64,000 bases of DNA from an uncultured bacterium (GTDB lineage: Bacteria > Edwardsbacteria > AC1 > EtOH8). The notes beneath the pieces were generated by a model. It did no database searches. It saw nothing but the letters and a program-made list of their open reading frames with translations, and was not told the DNA's origin. This document shows, piece after piece, positions 9,990 through 19,264 of the stretch (position 1 is the first letter of the stretch; each line of letters starts with the position of its first letter). The stretch spans positions 70,954 through 134,953 of the forward strand of contig CAZPNX010000001.1 of the NCBI GenBank assembly GCA_964588285.1, in the 5' to 3' direction. Made by a program: the position numbers and the translations under genes.

Positions 9990-10714
9990 TCGAGATTTCG
10001 GGCCTGCAAAAGTCCTTCAACGGAAAGCAGGTGCTGGACGGGGTGGACCTGGAGATAAAAGCCGGCGAGACCATGGTCATCATCGGTGCCTCGGGGTGCG
10101 GCAAGAGCGTCCTGTTGCGGCACATCATCGGTCTGTTGCGGCCCGACCGGGGAGCGGTGAGAGTGGACGGGGTAGACATCACCCGGATCCGCAAGGAGGA
10201 GCTGTACGCCCTTCGCCGGCGCTTCGGCATGCTTTTTCAGGGCTCGGCCCTGTTCGACTCGCTGACGGTGGAGGACAATGTGTCCCTGGGCCTCCGCCAG
10301 CACACCAGGCTCTCCAAGGAGGAGATCAGGGCCAGGGTGGATGACAAGCTGGGGATGGTGGGCATGGCCGGCACCGGCCACCTGATGCCGGCCGAGCTTT
10401 CGGGGGGAATGCGAAAAAGGGTGGGGCTGGCCCGGGCTCTGGCCATGGATCCCCAGTACGTGCTCTATGACGAGCCGACCACCGGATTGGATCCGATAAC
10501 CGCCGACCGCATCAACGACCTGATGGCCGACCTACAGAAAAAGCTGGGCCTCACCTCGGTGGTGGTCACCCACGACATGGTCAGCGCCGCCCGGGTGGCC
10601 GACCGCATGGCCATGCTGCATCAGGGCCGGATCATTTTCTGCGGGACGCCGGAACAGATAAAGAAATCCCCGGACGAACGCATCCAGCGGTTCATTCGGG
10701 GCGAAGCGGATTAG
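9986..10714 (+). CDS. mlaF: ABC transporter ATP-binding protein, MlaF-like
   Basis: Walker A GASGCGKS, ABC signature LSGGMRKRVGLARAL and Walker B VLYDEPTTGLD. Confidence 0.9.
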   Translation: MIEISGLQKSFNGKQVLDGVDLEIKAGETMVIIGASGCGKSVLLRHIIGLLRPDRGAVRVDGVDITRIRKEELYALRRRFGMLFQGSALFDSLTVEDNVSLGLRQHTRLSKEEIRARVDDKLGMVGMAGTGHLMPAELSGGMRKRVGLARALAMDPQYVLYDEPTTGLDPITADRINDLMADLQKKLGLTSVVVTHDMVSAARVADRMAMLHQGRIIFCGTPEQIKKSPDERIQRFIRGEAD

Positions 10715-10813
10715 ATGAGCGGTCTGGACCAATTATTAGGAAACCAGGAAGGCAGGAACTAATTTTGGGAGAAGGGATTCATGGTTCCCTGGCTTCCTTA
10801 GGGGCAAGAGGGG

Positions 10814-11761
10814 TCACCAGCCGAGCAGGCGCAGAAAATTGCCTCCGGCTACGGCCTTCAGCTCCGCGGCCGTAAAGCCCCTGTTTCTCAACTTTAGCAG
10901 CAGGGCGGGGAAGCGATGCGGACCCTCTAGCCCTTGGGGCAGCTTGCTGACGCCGTCGAAATCGGAGCCCATGGCCAGACAGCTTGCCCCGGCCAGCTCC
11001 CTGACATAGGCGAAATGCTCGGCCACCCGCTCCAGGCCGCAACGCCCGTCTCGCTGCCCTAGAAAGCCGGGATAGAAATTGATTCCCAACAGGCCGCCCG
11101 AAGCCGCCAGAGCCTTAATCTGCTGGTCGTTGAGATTGCGGAAATGAGGCTGGAGAAACCCGGCGCAGGAATGGGAGACCACAACCGGCTTCCTGGACAG
11201 ACTGATAACGTCCCAGAAGGTCTTTCCCGAGGCGTGCGAAAGGTCCAGAATAATCCCCAGCCGGTTGGCTTCGTCTACCAGCTCCCGGCCCAGCGCCGTC
11301 AGACCAGAATCCCGACCGCTTTTGGCCGCCCGCCAGGCCGAACAGGCGAAAAGGTTGGAGTTGTTCCAGGTGACGGTCAGCATCCGGACGCCCAGTTTTC
11401 GGAGGGCCTCCAGTTGTCGCAGGTCGTGGTCCAAGCCGTGTCCGCCCTCGATGCCCAGCATGGCTCCGATTTTACCCGACCGGCGGCACCGGAGCCAGGA
11501 GCTCCTTTCGGTCACTAATTGCACATGCGGCTGAAGGCGGCGCACCTCCCTGATGGTCGCTTCAGCCAAGCAACGAGCGCGTTCCAGCGCTTTGTCGCGG
11601 CGGAAAACCGGGCTTATCCAACAGGCGAAAACCTGAAGGCCGACGCCGCCCTGGCGTAAGCGCTCCAAGGTGACATGGCCCTTTCCCTGGTCCAACCTCT
11701 GGCCCTTGAGCAGTCTGATGGCGGTATCGCAGTGAAGGTCTGCTATCATTGGTAAAGACAT
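10814..11761 (-). CDS. Membrane dipeptidase, peptidase family M19
   Basis: N-terminal IADLHCDT hallmark and overall renal-dipeptidase fold similarity. Confidence 0.85.
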   Translation of the reverse strand: MSLPMIADLHCDTAIRLLKGQRLDQGKGHVTLERLRQGGVGLQVFACWISPVFRRDKALERARCLAEATIREVRRLQPHVQLVTERSSWLRCRRSGKIGAMLGIEGGHGLDHDLRQLEALRKLGVRMLTVTWNNSNLFACSAWRAAKSGRDSGLTALGRELVDEANRLGIILDLSHASGKTFWDVISLSRKPVVVSHSCAGFLQPHFRNLNDQQIKALAASGGLLGINFYPGFLGQRDGRCGLERVAEHFAYVRELAGASCLAMGSDFDGVSKLPQGLEGPHRFPALLLKLRNRGFTAAELKAVAGGNFLRLLGW

Positions 11762-11957
11762 GCGAACTCTCCAATAAAGTGGAATACTATTGCCGCCAGG
11801 AAGGTATATTTAAGGCCAGGGACGGCGCCGAGCCGGCATCATCAGTATACTATATTCCATGACCAGTGGCAAGAAATTTTCCTTGACAAATTAACCGGCT
11901 TGGTATATCTTTAGGTGGGACAGTAGTTTAATCGCTTATAATATCGAGGAGCCGACC

Positions 11958-14111
11958 ATGAGAAAAATAGTTGCAGGCTGGATGCTGCCGACTTTGGCCG
12001 CCCTGGTTTTGATGACCGGCTGCAGCAAGCAGGAAAAGTACCAAGCGGGCGAAACCGGCGGCACCCTGACGGTGGGTTTGCTGGTCCAGAACGAGCCGGC
12101 CTGGCTGAACCCGTTGCTTCTTTCCTACACCGCATCCACCGATATCCAGGACAAGCTTTTCCTCAGGCTGCACCGTTTCGACAAGGCCATGAACATCGTT
12201 CCCGAGTTGGCACGGTCTTGGAAGTTTTCCGAGGATTTTAAAGAGCTGACCTATCAGCTGAGGCGGGACGTCAAGTGGAGCGACGGCCGTCCGGTAACCG
12301 CCGAGGATGTAGTCTATACCTACCGGCTGATGGTCGATCCCAAGATCAGATACGCCCGGGCCGGCCAGCTGCAGTTTGTAGAATCGGTCGAGGCGGTGGG
12401 ACCTTACGCCGTCAAGTTCACATTTAACCGGGTATATTCTGACGAGCTGTTCGACACCGGCATTTTCGTCCTGCCCAAGCATGCCCTGTCGGAGGTTTCC
12501 GACCTGCGCTCCGGCCGATTTGACGCCGCCCCGGTGACCGACGGACCGTTTATTTTGGATCAATGGAACCGCGGCACTTCTCTAAGCTTGGTACCCAATA
12601 AAGCCTTCTATAAGGGGCGTCCGGCGCTGGACCGCATCGAATTCAAATTTTTCGCCGATGGCGCCTCGCTGCTGGCCGCCGTCCAAAGCGGCCAGATCGA
12701 CGTCACCAGCGACCTGCCGCCCTCCGAGATAGGCAAGCTTTCCGGCGATGCTAGCCTTAAGATCATAGATTATCCCGGCTGGACCTACACCTATCTGGGC
12801 TGGAACCTTAAGAATCCGATGTTTGCCGAAGCCGAAATGCGGCGGGCCTTTGCTATGGCCATCAACAGCTCCGAGATGATCCAGCAGGTGCTTCACTCCA
12901 AAGGCAAGCAGGCGGCCGGACCCCTGCTGCCAACCTCCTGGGCATACGACGAACAGCAGAAACCGCTGCCCTACGATCCCGGCAAGCTTAAGGAGGCTTT
13001 GGCCCCGCTCGGCTGGAGGGAGAAAAACCGCGACGGTTATCTTTATAAACAGAATCAACGGCAGCCGCTGGAGATCACCATTGTGTTGGCCCAGGGTCAG
13101 CCGGTTCAGGAGGCGGCCGCCGCCCTCATCCAGAAACAGATGAAGGAATTAGGGATCAAGGTCAACCTATCGGCAGTGGACGCGGTGACCTTCATCCAGA
13201 GGGTGAAGGAGGGCCGCTACGACGCCATGATGTTCTCCTGGAAGAACGATTACAAAGTCGATCCCACCGCCGTCTGGCACTCCAAGCCGGAGAAAGGGCG
13301 CTTCAACCTCCAGGGCTATTCCAACCCCGAGATCGACGATCTCATCGACCAGGGATTGGCCACCCTAAGCCGGCGCAAGGCCAAGGAGCTTTGGGTCAAG
13401 TTCCAACGCATTATCTCCGAGGAGCAGCCCACCACCTACTTGTTCGTACCCGACGTGGTGACCGTGGCCTATAAGGGATTCCGGGGTCCGGGCAGCGACG
13501 AGCGTGGGCCGCTGGCCTCGATGGACGAGTGGTGGATCCCGTCGTCTGAACGACGCGGCACCGCCTTGGCCTCGGCCTCAACCGCCACAACGCCGACCGC
13601 CACGCCGACTCCCACCACCGCCGTTCCCACACCGGCCACCGCCGCTCCGACTGCGGCCACGCCGGCTCCGGCTCAGCCGGCATCCACCCAGCCCCGGCCG
13701 ACACCCGCGGTCGCTCCAGCCCCCGCGCCGGCAAACCCCCAGGACATCCTGGCGGCAGCCGCAGCTCCGGCAACCCCTCCGCCGGCAGCGGCCACCTCGA
13801 CTCCGGCTCCGGAGCCTAGCCCTGAACCGGCCGTCGAATCCGGAATACCTCCCACCGAGCCCGAGGTGGTCAAGGCGGTGATGCCGGCCTATCCCGAGGT
13901 GGCCCGCAAGGCCGGGATCACCGGACGAGTTTTCGTCCGGGTGGTGGTGGCGGCGGACGGCAGCATCAAGAGTGCCGATGTGGTCAGGGGTATTGGGGGA
14001 GGATGCGACGAGGCCGCGCTGGAAGCCGCCAAGAAGATGACCTTCCGGCCTGGAACAGTGGACGGCAAGCCGGCCGAGCGGCCGATTACCATTCCCTTTA
14101 CCTTCAAATAG
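11958..14111 (+). CDS. Lipoprotein fusing an ABC substrate-binding family-5 domain, a Pro/Ala/Thr-rich linker and a TonB C-terminal domain
   Basis: Lipobox LMTGC. SBP_bac_5-like region covers aa ~40-510. A ~110-aa low-complexity P/A/T linker follows. The C-terminal VKAVMPAYPEVARKAGITGRVFVRVVVAADGSIKSADVVRGIGGGCDEAALEAAKKMTFRPGTVDGKP...FTFK is a textbook TonB_C domain. Confidence 0.8.
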   Translation: MRKIVAGWMLPTLAALVLMTGCSKQEKYQAGETGGTLTVGLLVQNEPAWLNPLLLSYTASTDIQDKLFLRLHRFDKAMNIVPELARSWKFSEDFKELTYQLRRDVKWSDGRPVTAEDVVYTYRLMVDPKIRYARAGQLQFVESVEAVGPYAVKFTFNRVYSDELFDTGIFVLPKHALSEVSDLRSGRFDAAPVTDGPFILDQWNRGTSLSLVPNKAFYKGRPALDRIEFKFFADGASLLAAVQSGQIDVTSDLPPSEIGKLSGDASLKIIDYPGWTYTYLGWNLKNPMFAEAEMRRAFAMAINSSEMIQQVLHSKGKQAAGPLLPTSWAYDEQQKPLPYDPGKLKEALAPLGWREKNRDGYLYKQNQRQPLEITIVLAQGQPVQEAAAALIQKQMKELGIKVNLSAVDAVTFIQRVKEGRYDAMMFSWKNDYKVDPTAVWHSKPEKGRFNLQGYSNPEIDDLIDQGLATLSRRKAKELWVKFQRIISEEQPTTYLFVPDVVTVAYKGFRGPGSDERGPLASMDEWWIPSSERRGTALASASTATTPTATPTPTTAVPTPATAAPTAATPAPAQPASTQPRPTPAVAPAPAPANPQDILAAAAAPATPPPAAATSTPAPEPSPEPAVESGIPPTEPEVVKAVMPAYPEVARKAGITGRVFVRVVVAADGSIKSADVVRGIGGGCDEAALEAAKKMTFRPGTVDGKPAERPITIPFTFK

Positions 14112-14147
14112 CAGCCCGATATTTTGCGGATGCCAGGGATAAAAATC

Positions 14148-14182
14148 AGAGCCCCGATCGTCTCGGGGCTCTTTTCTATTTT
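14148..14182. terminator. Bidirectional Rho-independent terminator between the SBP-TonB gene and pyrE
   Basis: agagccccga-tcgtc-tcggggctct followed by tttctatttt; the opposite strand also carries an A/T run. Confidence 0.6.
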
Positions 14183-14754
14183 CCCGGACTTGAGCCGGGC
14201 TTTTGCAGGGGGATGTTCCGGAGGCAAAGGGGGCAGTCCTGGGGCGCAAAGGTGACCACCTCCTGGCGGTATACGGAATGAAACGGAGCCCCTAAATCGG
14301 GAGGGGAGAGGCTGCGGTCTATGAAGACGGAGACGCCGGCCACTTCGGCCCCGGACCGGCGCACCGCCTCCACCGTTTCCCTGACCGAGCCTCCGGTGGT
14401 CATGACATCATCCACCACCAGAACCCTGTCCTGCGGCCCCAGGCTCATGCCGCGCAGGAAGCCCCGGCCCTCCTGGGTCCTTTCGGCGTAGACGGCCTTG
14501 ACGCCCATAAGCTGGGCGGTCTGATAGGCGATGATGATGCCGCCGGTAGTGGGTCCGGCCACGACGCTGACGCCGGAGTTCGAAAATCTGGAGGCTATTT
14601 CCTGGCAGAACTCCCGAGTCTCTTCCGGATATTGTAGGATTCTGAATTTTTCAAAGTAATGCTGGCTGTGCCTTCCGGATGACAACAGAAAGTGGCCTTC
14701 CAGAAGCACCTGGCGTTTGACCAGAAGGTGGCGAAAATCATCCGGCTGAGGCAT
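14176..14754 (-). CDS. pyrE: Orotate phosphoribosyltransferase
   Basis: PRPP-binding motif VLVVDDVMTTGGS. Start is taken at the internal MPQPDDF (ATG 14754); the ORF-track extension overlaps pyrF. Confidence 0.9.
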   Translation of the reverse strand: MPQPDDFRHLLVKRQVLLEGHFLLSSGRHSQHYFEKFRILQYPEETREFCQEIASRFSNSGVSVVAGPTTGGIIIAYQTAQLMGVKAVYAERTQEGRGFLRGMSLGPQDRVLVVDDVMTTGGSVRETVEAVRRSGAEVAGVSVFIDRSLSPPDLGAPFHSVYRQEVVTFAPQDCPLCLRNIPLQKPGSSPGK

Positions 14755-15460
14755 GGGACATCTCCTTGATGATGCTGCGGGCGGATTGAAGAGGGTCCGG
14801 GGCGCGGGTAATCGGCCGGCCGACCACAATGAAATCGGCTCCCAGGGAAACCGCCTGGGCCGGTGTGGCCGTCCTGCTTTGGTCCTCGGGCGCAGATTCT
14901 GGAGGCCTGATCCCAGGAGTGAGGATGACGAAATCTTCTCCAAAACGCTCCCGTAGAGGCCGGATCTCAAGCGGCGAGGCCACCACTCCGTCCACACCCG
15001 AGTCGCGGGCCAAGGCCGCTAGCCTGAGGACATGTTCCTCCACCGACAAACCCCCGATTCCGGTGATCTGCTCCAGGCCTCGGCTGTCAAGGCTGGTGAG
15101 GGCGGTCACTGCCAGCAGTATCGGCCGGTTGGTATGCTTGGCGGCCGCCTTGGCGGCCGCGGCCATCATGGCGGCGCCGCCGGAGGCGTGCAGGTTGATC
15201 ATATCAGCTCCCAGGGCAACGGCCGCTTCCACCGCTCCGGAAACGGTGTTGGGGATGTCGTGATATTTTAGGTCCAGAAAAACTCGGGCCCCGCTTTTTT
15301 TAACCAGCGACACGGCCTGGGGGCCGGCGGCGGTGAAGAGCTGGTGGCCGATCTTGAACCAGCGGACGGTTGGAGAAAGCGTCTCCAGCAGGCGGGAGGC
15401 CTCCTTAAGGTCGGGTACGTCTAGGGCCACGATCAATCGTTCTTCGGGCAGCGGCTTCAT
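14738..15460 (-). CDS. pyrF: Orotidine-5'-phosphate decarboxylase
   Basis: LIVALDVPD...FKIG...FLDLKYHDIPNTV motifs. Confidence 0.9.
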   Translation of the reverse strand: MKPLPEERLIVALDVPDLKEASRLLETLSPTVRWFKIGHQLFTAAGPQAVSLVKKSGARVFLDLKYHDIPNTVSGAVEAAVALGADMINLHASGGAAMMAAAAKAAAKHTNRPILLAVTALTSLDSRGLEQITGIGGLSVEEHVLRLAALARDSGVDGVVASPLEIRPLRERFGEDFVILTPGIRPPESAPEDQSRTATPAQAVSLGADFIVVGRPITRAPDPLQSARSIIKEMSHASAG

Positions 15461-15954
15461 TTCGTTTTCGGCTGCAGGTGCAATATCTCTAATTTGACCG
15501 GACCCACCGCCAGCAGGTCGATGGCCTTGGCCGCGGCATAAGATAGATCGATGTCCCGTCCAGCCACAAAAGGCCCCCGGTCGTTAATGCGCACCCTGAC
15601 GCTCTTATTGTTGGCCGGATTGGTTATCCGGACCACGGTGCCGAAAGGCAGGGTGCGGTGGGCGGCCGTCATGGCGTTCATGTCGAACTTCTCCCCATTA
15701 GCCGTGCGACGGCCGTGAAACTCTTTGCCGTAATAGCTGGCCACACCGTGTGCGGTCAGCAGGGTCCATTCGCCCGAGGGGGAATCGGCCCCCGGCTCGG
15801 CCGTCGGGACATCGTTTTTCGTCGACTGCCTCTGGCCGGGCCGAACCGGTTCGCCCGGGGTGGAGAGATAGATCGGCGAAGGCGAGCAGGCGGTCAGCAG
15901 CAGGATTGAAAGCAGCGCCAGGACGGGCGGGGTCTTGTTCAAGAGGCCAGCCAT
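15457..15954 (-). CDS. rlpA: RlpA-family septal-ring lytic transglycosylase (DPBB domain) lipoprotein
   Basis: Lipobox LLTACS plus the DPBB core GVASYYGKEFHGRRTANGE..FDMNAMTAAHRTLPFGT.VRITN...VRINDRGPF. Confidence 0.85.
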   Translation of the reverse strand: MAGLLNKTPPVLALLSILLLTACSPSPIYLSTPGEPVRPGQRQSTKNDVPTAEPGADSPSGEWTLLTAHGVASYYGKEFHGRRTANGEKFDMNAMTAAHRTLPFGTVVRITNPANNKSVRVRINDRGPFVAGRDIDLSYAAAKAIDLLAVGPVKLEILHLQPKTK

Positions 15955-16871
15955 CCGGTCAATTCCCTAACCGAGTTTAAGCCGTGGAGGCGACAGTAGG
16001 AGATCAAGCCTTTGACAATTTTTCCCGGCGCCGCCGGGTCGACAAAGTTAGCGGTTCCTATCTGGACCGCCGAGGCGCCGGCCAATAGAAACTGGATGGC
16101 ATCGTCAGCAGATAGGATGCCGCCCAAGCCGATCACCGGTATTTTGACCGCCCGGCTTACCCGGTAGACATGGTACAGGGCCACCGGACGGATGGCCGGA
16201 CCGGAAAGCCCGCCGGTATCGTTGCCCAACAACGGACGCCTTTTTTGGATATCAATGGCCAAACCGTAGAGGGTATTGATTAGAGAAAGGGCGTCGGCGC
16301 CGGCTCCGGCCACCGCCTTGGCGATGGGAACCATGTCGGAGACATTGGGACTTAGCTTGACGATGATCGGCTTGCGGCAGGCGCAGCGCACCGCTTTGGT
16401 TAACCGGGCAGCCAGCGGCGGATCGGCTCCGAAGGCTATGCCTCCGCGGGCGACATTGGGACAGGAGACGTTGACCTCGACGGCGGAGATCCCACTAGCC
16501 TGGTCCAAAATGGCCGCCAGGCGGGCATATTCTTCTAGAGATTTGCCGGCGATGTTGGCGAAGATTACCGTTCCCGAACGGCGGAGGGCAGGCAGTTTTT
16601 CCGCAAGAAACCGCTCGATGCCCACGTTGGCCAGTCCGATAGAATTGAGCATCCCGGCCGGTGTTTCGCAAATGCGGGGCGGAGGGTTTCCGGCACGATG
16701 TTCAAGGGTGACCGTCTTGGTGATAACAGCGCCGAAATCCGAGGGACGGGACAGTCCGCGGTACTCGGTGCCGTAGCCATAGGTGCCGGAGGCGGCCAGC
16801 ACCGGATTGGCCAGCCTGATGCCGGCTATGACTACCGAGGTGTCCACCTTGGTAGATGGCACCGGCTTCAT
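15939..16871 (-). CDS. pyrD: Dihydroorotate dehydrogenase, catalytic subunit (class 1B)
   Basis: LANPVLAASGT...NSIGL.N.G and the FMN-binding motifs. Start is placed at ATG 16871 (ATGA overlap with the pyrK stop) rather than the ORF-track start at 17099. Confidence 0.9.
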   Translation of the reverse strand: MKPVPSTKVDTSVVIAGIRLANPVLAASGTYGYGTEYRGLSRPSDFGAVITKTVTLEHRAGNPPPRICETPAGMLNSIGLANVGIERFLAEKLPALRRSGTVIFANIAGKSLEEYARLAAILDQASGISAVEVNVSCPNVARGGIAFGADPPLAARLTKAVRCACRKPIIVKLSPNVSDMVPIAKAVAGAGADALSLINTLYGLAIDIQKRRPLLGNDTGGLSGPAIRPVALYHVYRVSRAVKIPVIGLGGILSADDAIQFLLAGASAVQIGTANFVDPAAPGKIVKGLISYCRLHGLNSVRELTGWLAS

Positions 16872-17647
16872 AACAGAGGCTCCTGATCCCAGTCGATTAG
16901 GCGGGAGTCGAAAACCGGGCCGTCGCTGCATACCGACAGATAGCTTCCATCTGCCGCCCTGACGGCGCAGCCCTGACAGGCTCCCAGGCCGCAGGCCATC
17001 CGGGACTCCAGGGAAACCTGGCAGGGAACGCCGTGTTCCCGGCAGATGAGGGCCGTTTGCTTGAGCATAGCCCAGGGTCCGCAGGCATAGACCCGGCATT
17101 TTTCGGAATCTATAAGTTCTTCCTCAAGCAGCATGGTGGCCAGGCCGGGCCGGCCACAGCTGCCGTCATCGGTGGCCACTTTCGGCCTGAGCGGCGAGAG
17201 GGGCAATTTTTCTTTTTTGCTGCGGCAGCCATAGAGAAGTTTAGGAGCCAGACCCAAGAAAAAAAGTTTTCGATACAAAAAGGGCATCGGGGCCAACCCC
17301 ATGCCGCCGGCCACCAAAAGAGGGCGGTAGCTTCCCGGCCAAACCTTAAAACCCCGTCCCAAAGGTCCGGCCAAAGCGCAAGCCTGGCCCTTGATCCATG
17401 CCGCCATCAACTTTGTTCCTGAACCAACCAGACGATAGAGCAGCCTGATATTGTCCGTCCTGACGTCGTGGAGGCTGAAAGGGCGGGGCAGGAGGGGATC
17501 GTTTCCTTCCTGGGGGCGGATCATGACAAATTGGCCGGGGCGCGATCTTCGGGCTATCTCCGGAGCCTCAAGCTCCAGCAAAAAAATGCCCTCTTTCAAC
17601 TTCCGGTTGGAGAGCACCCGGGCCGTGGATTTCAGTCTGGGGATCAC
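16868..17647 (-). CDS. pyrK: Dihydroorotate dehydrogenase electron-transfer subunit
   Basis: FAD/NAD-binding FNR-like fold and a C-terminal 2Fe-2S cysteine cluster CG.GAC.GC. Confidence 0.85.
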   Translation of the reverse strand: MIPRLKSTARVLSNRKLKEGIFLLELEAPEIARRSRPGQFVMIRPQEGNDPLLPRPFSLHDVRTDNIRLLYRLVGSGTKLMAAWIKGQACALAGPLGRGFKVWPGSYRPLLVAGGMGLAPMPFLYRKLFFLGLAPKLLYGCRSKKEKLPLSPLRPKVATDDGSCGRPGLATMLLEEELIDSEKCRVYACGPWAMLKQTALICREHGVPCQVSLESRMACGLGACQGCAVRAADGSYLSVCSDGPVFDSRLIDWDQEPLL

Positions 17648-19260
17648 TTGAGGCCCTTTATCAGGTCGTCATTGCCCTGATCCTGTTTGGGAGTTTCGGG
17701 CTTAAAGCCCGGCTCCTCCGGCATTTTTTTCTCCTCCGGTTCCGCGCTTTGGGGCGCTGGGAGCGTTTTGGCCGTGTCTAGTGGAGCCGCTATGGGTACG
17801 GTCAAGGCGATCTCAGGCTCCAGGTCGGCTATCGTAGTGTCCACCGGGATTCCCAATATTTCCCTGGCGCCGTTGGCGTAGCGGGTGCGCGGATAGCGAT
17901 CCACCAAGAGCGAGAAAATGCTGTCGGCCGAAGCCGTATCGGCCTTGGCGTTCAGTTGCACCCAACCGGTGGCGTAGAGAGACTTGGCAGCAATCGGCAA
18001 ATCGGGATAGTTTGAGTAGACCGACCAGAATCTTTCCAAGGCTTGATCGGGCTGTATTAGCTGGAACAGGTAATGCTCGGCCATCAGGTATTGGATGGCG
18101 GCATTCTGCTCCCTGGTTTTTTCACTGGTCTGCTGGTTGCCCAGGGCCTGCAGCATGGCGATGTCGGAGGCGGCCCGAAGGGCGTCCTCGGCCACCGGCC
18201 CGGAGGGATTTTCCTGCCTGGCCAAGGTGTAATAGGCTTGGGCGCTGTCCAAGGCATTTTCTTGCTCCCAAAACTCAGCCATCGAATAATAGGCCTCGGC
18301 CGAAGCCTCGGTTCTGGGATACTTGGCGGCCAATTGGCGAAAGAGGCTGCGGGCCTGCGGAGTCTCCTCTGAGGCAGCCTTCATCCGGACAATGCTGAGG
18401 GCGACCGTCCTCTGGTCAATGGGATCCAGGGCGGTTTTTTCCAACAGGCGGTAGACGGCCAGCGCTTCCTGAGTGCGACCGGATTTTTCCATGGCCGAGG
18501 CCAGCAAAAGCCTGGCTTGAATCCTCAAGCTCTTTTTAAGGCGTTTGGAAAGCAGCTTTTGCAGTGCGGAAACGGCTTCGTTAAAATCGCCGGTTGCCGC
18601 CAGACACCGGGCGCGATTCAGCCGGGCTTGGTTGGCCAGCGGACTCTTGGGATGTTGGTAGAGATAACCCTCCCATTGCAAGGCGGCCTCGGCCATGTTG
18701 CCCGACGTCTGGTTGATCAGGGCCGTCAGGAAGAGGGCTCGATCTTGTGTCTTGGAATCGGCGCTCGATAGCGACATCAGGGCCCGCTTGGCTCGCTCGA
18801 TTTCGCCCATTCTCCAGCAGGATAGAGCAAATCCCAGTCGGGCCGAAACCGCATATTTTGTGGAAGGATAAAATGTCCAAACGTCCTGATAAAGTCCCTG
18901 AGCCTTGGGATACTCTCCCCGCCGATAAGCGGCCTCGGCCATGTGGTAGAGGCTGGGGGCGGCCCAGCGGCTTTGGGGATACTTGGCCATCACCCGGGCG
19001 AACTTATCGAAAGATTTCTGAAACAACCCGGCCTCGGATCCTCCGGCAACCAAAGTATCGGGAAAGCCTGACCGGTTCCGATCGGCCTGGTTGAAAAGCT
19101 TTTTGGCGTTGTAGTAGGTGTTGAAGTAGGCGCAGCCCGAAACCAGGATTATGGAGGCCAGACAAAACAAGCCGATGCCTGCAGAGTATGGGACTGACAG
19201 GTGAACGGCGCCGCCGGGGCGGCGGGCGCGGGTTGGATGAAGGACTTTCTGTTTTGACAT
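17644..19260 (-). CDS. TPR-repeat lipoprotein with a Pro/Glu-rich C-terminus
   Basis: Lipobox ILVSGC, multiple TPR-like helices and a C-terminal PAPQSAEPEEKKMPEEPGFKPETPK tail. Start is set at MSKQK (19260) to avoid overlapping tldD. Confidence 0.65.
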   Translation of the reverse strand: MSKQKVLHPTRARRPGGAVHLSVPYSAGIGLFCLASIILVSGCAYFNTYYNAKKLFNQADRNRSGFPDTLVAGGSEAGLFQKSFDKFARVMAKYPQSRWAAPSLYHMAEAAYRRGEYPKAQGLYQDVWTFYPSTKYAVSARLGFALSCWRMGEIERAKRALMSLSSADSKTQDRALFLTALINQTSGNMAEAALQWEGYLYQHPKSPLANQARLNRARCLAATGDFNEAVSALQKLLSKRLKKSLRIQARLLLASAMEKSGRTQEALAVYRLLEKTALDPIDQRTVALSIVRMKAASEETPQARSLFRQLAAKYPRTEASAEAYYSMAEFWEQENALDSAQAYYTLARQENPSGPVAEDALRAASDIAMLQALGNQQTSEKTREQNAAIQYLMAEHYLFQLIQPDQALERFWSVYSNYPDLPIAAKSLYATGWVQLNAKADTASADSIFSLLVDRYPRTRYANGAREILGIPVDTTIADLEPEIALTVPIAAPLDTAKTLPAPQSAEPEEKKMPEEPGFKPETPKQDQGNDDLIKGLK

Positions 19261-19264
19261 GGGC

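Noticed and set aside
13480-13860. Pro/Ala/Thr-rich low-complexity DNA as a possible minisatellite or separate gene boundary
   Set aside because: The frame stays open throughout and the composition matches TonB-type proline-rich spacers, so it is treated as a linker within one CDS. A frameshift or assembly error is flagged as something to check.
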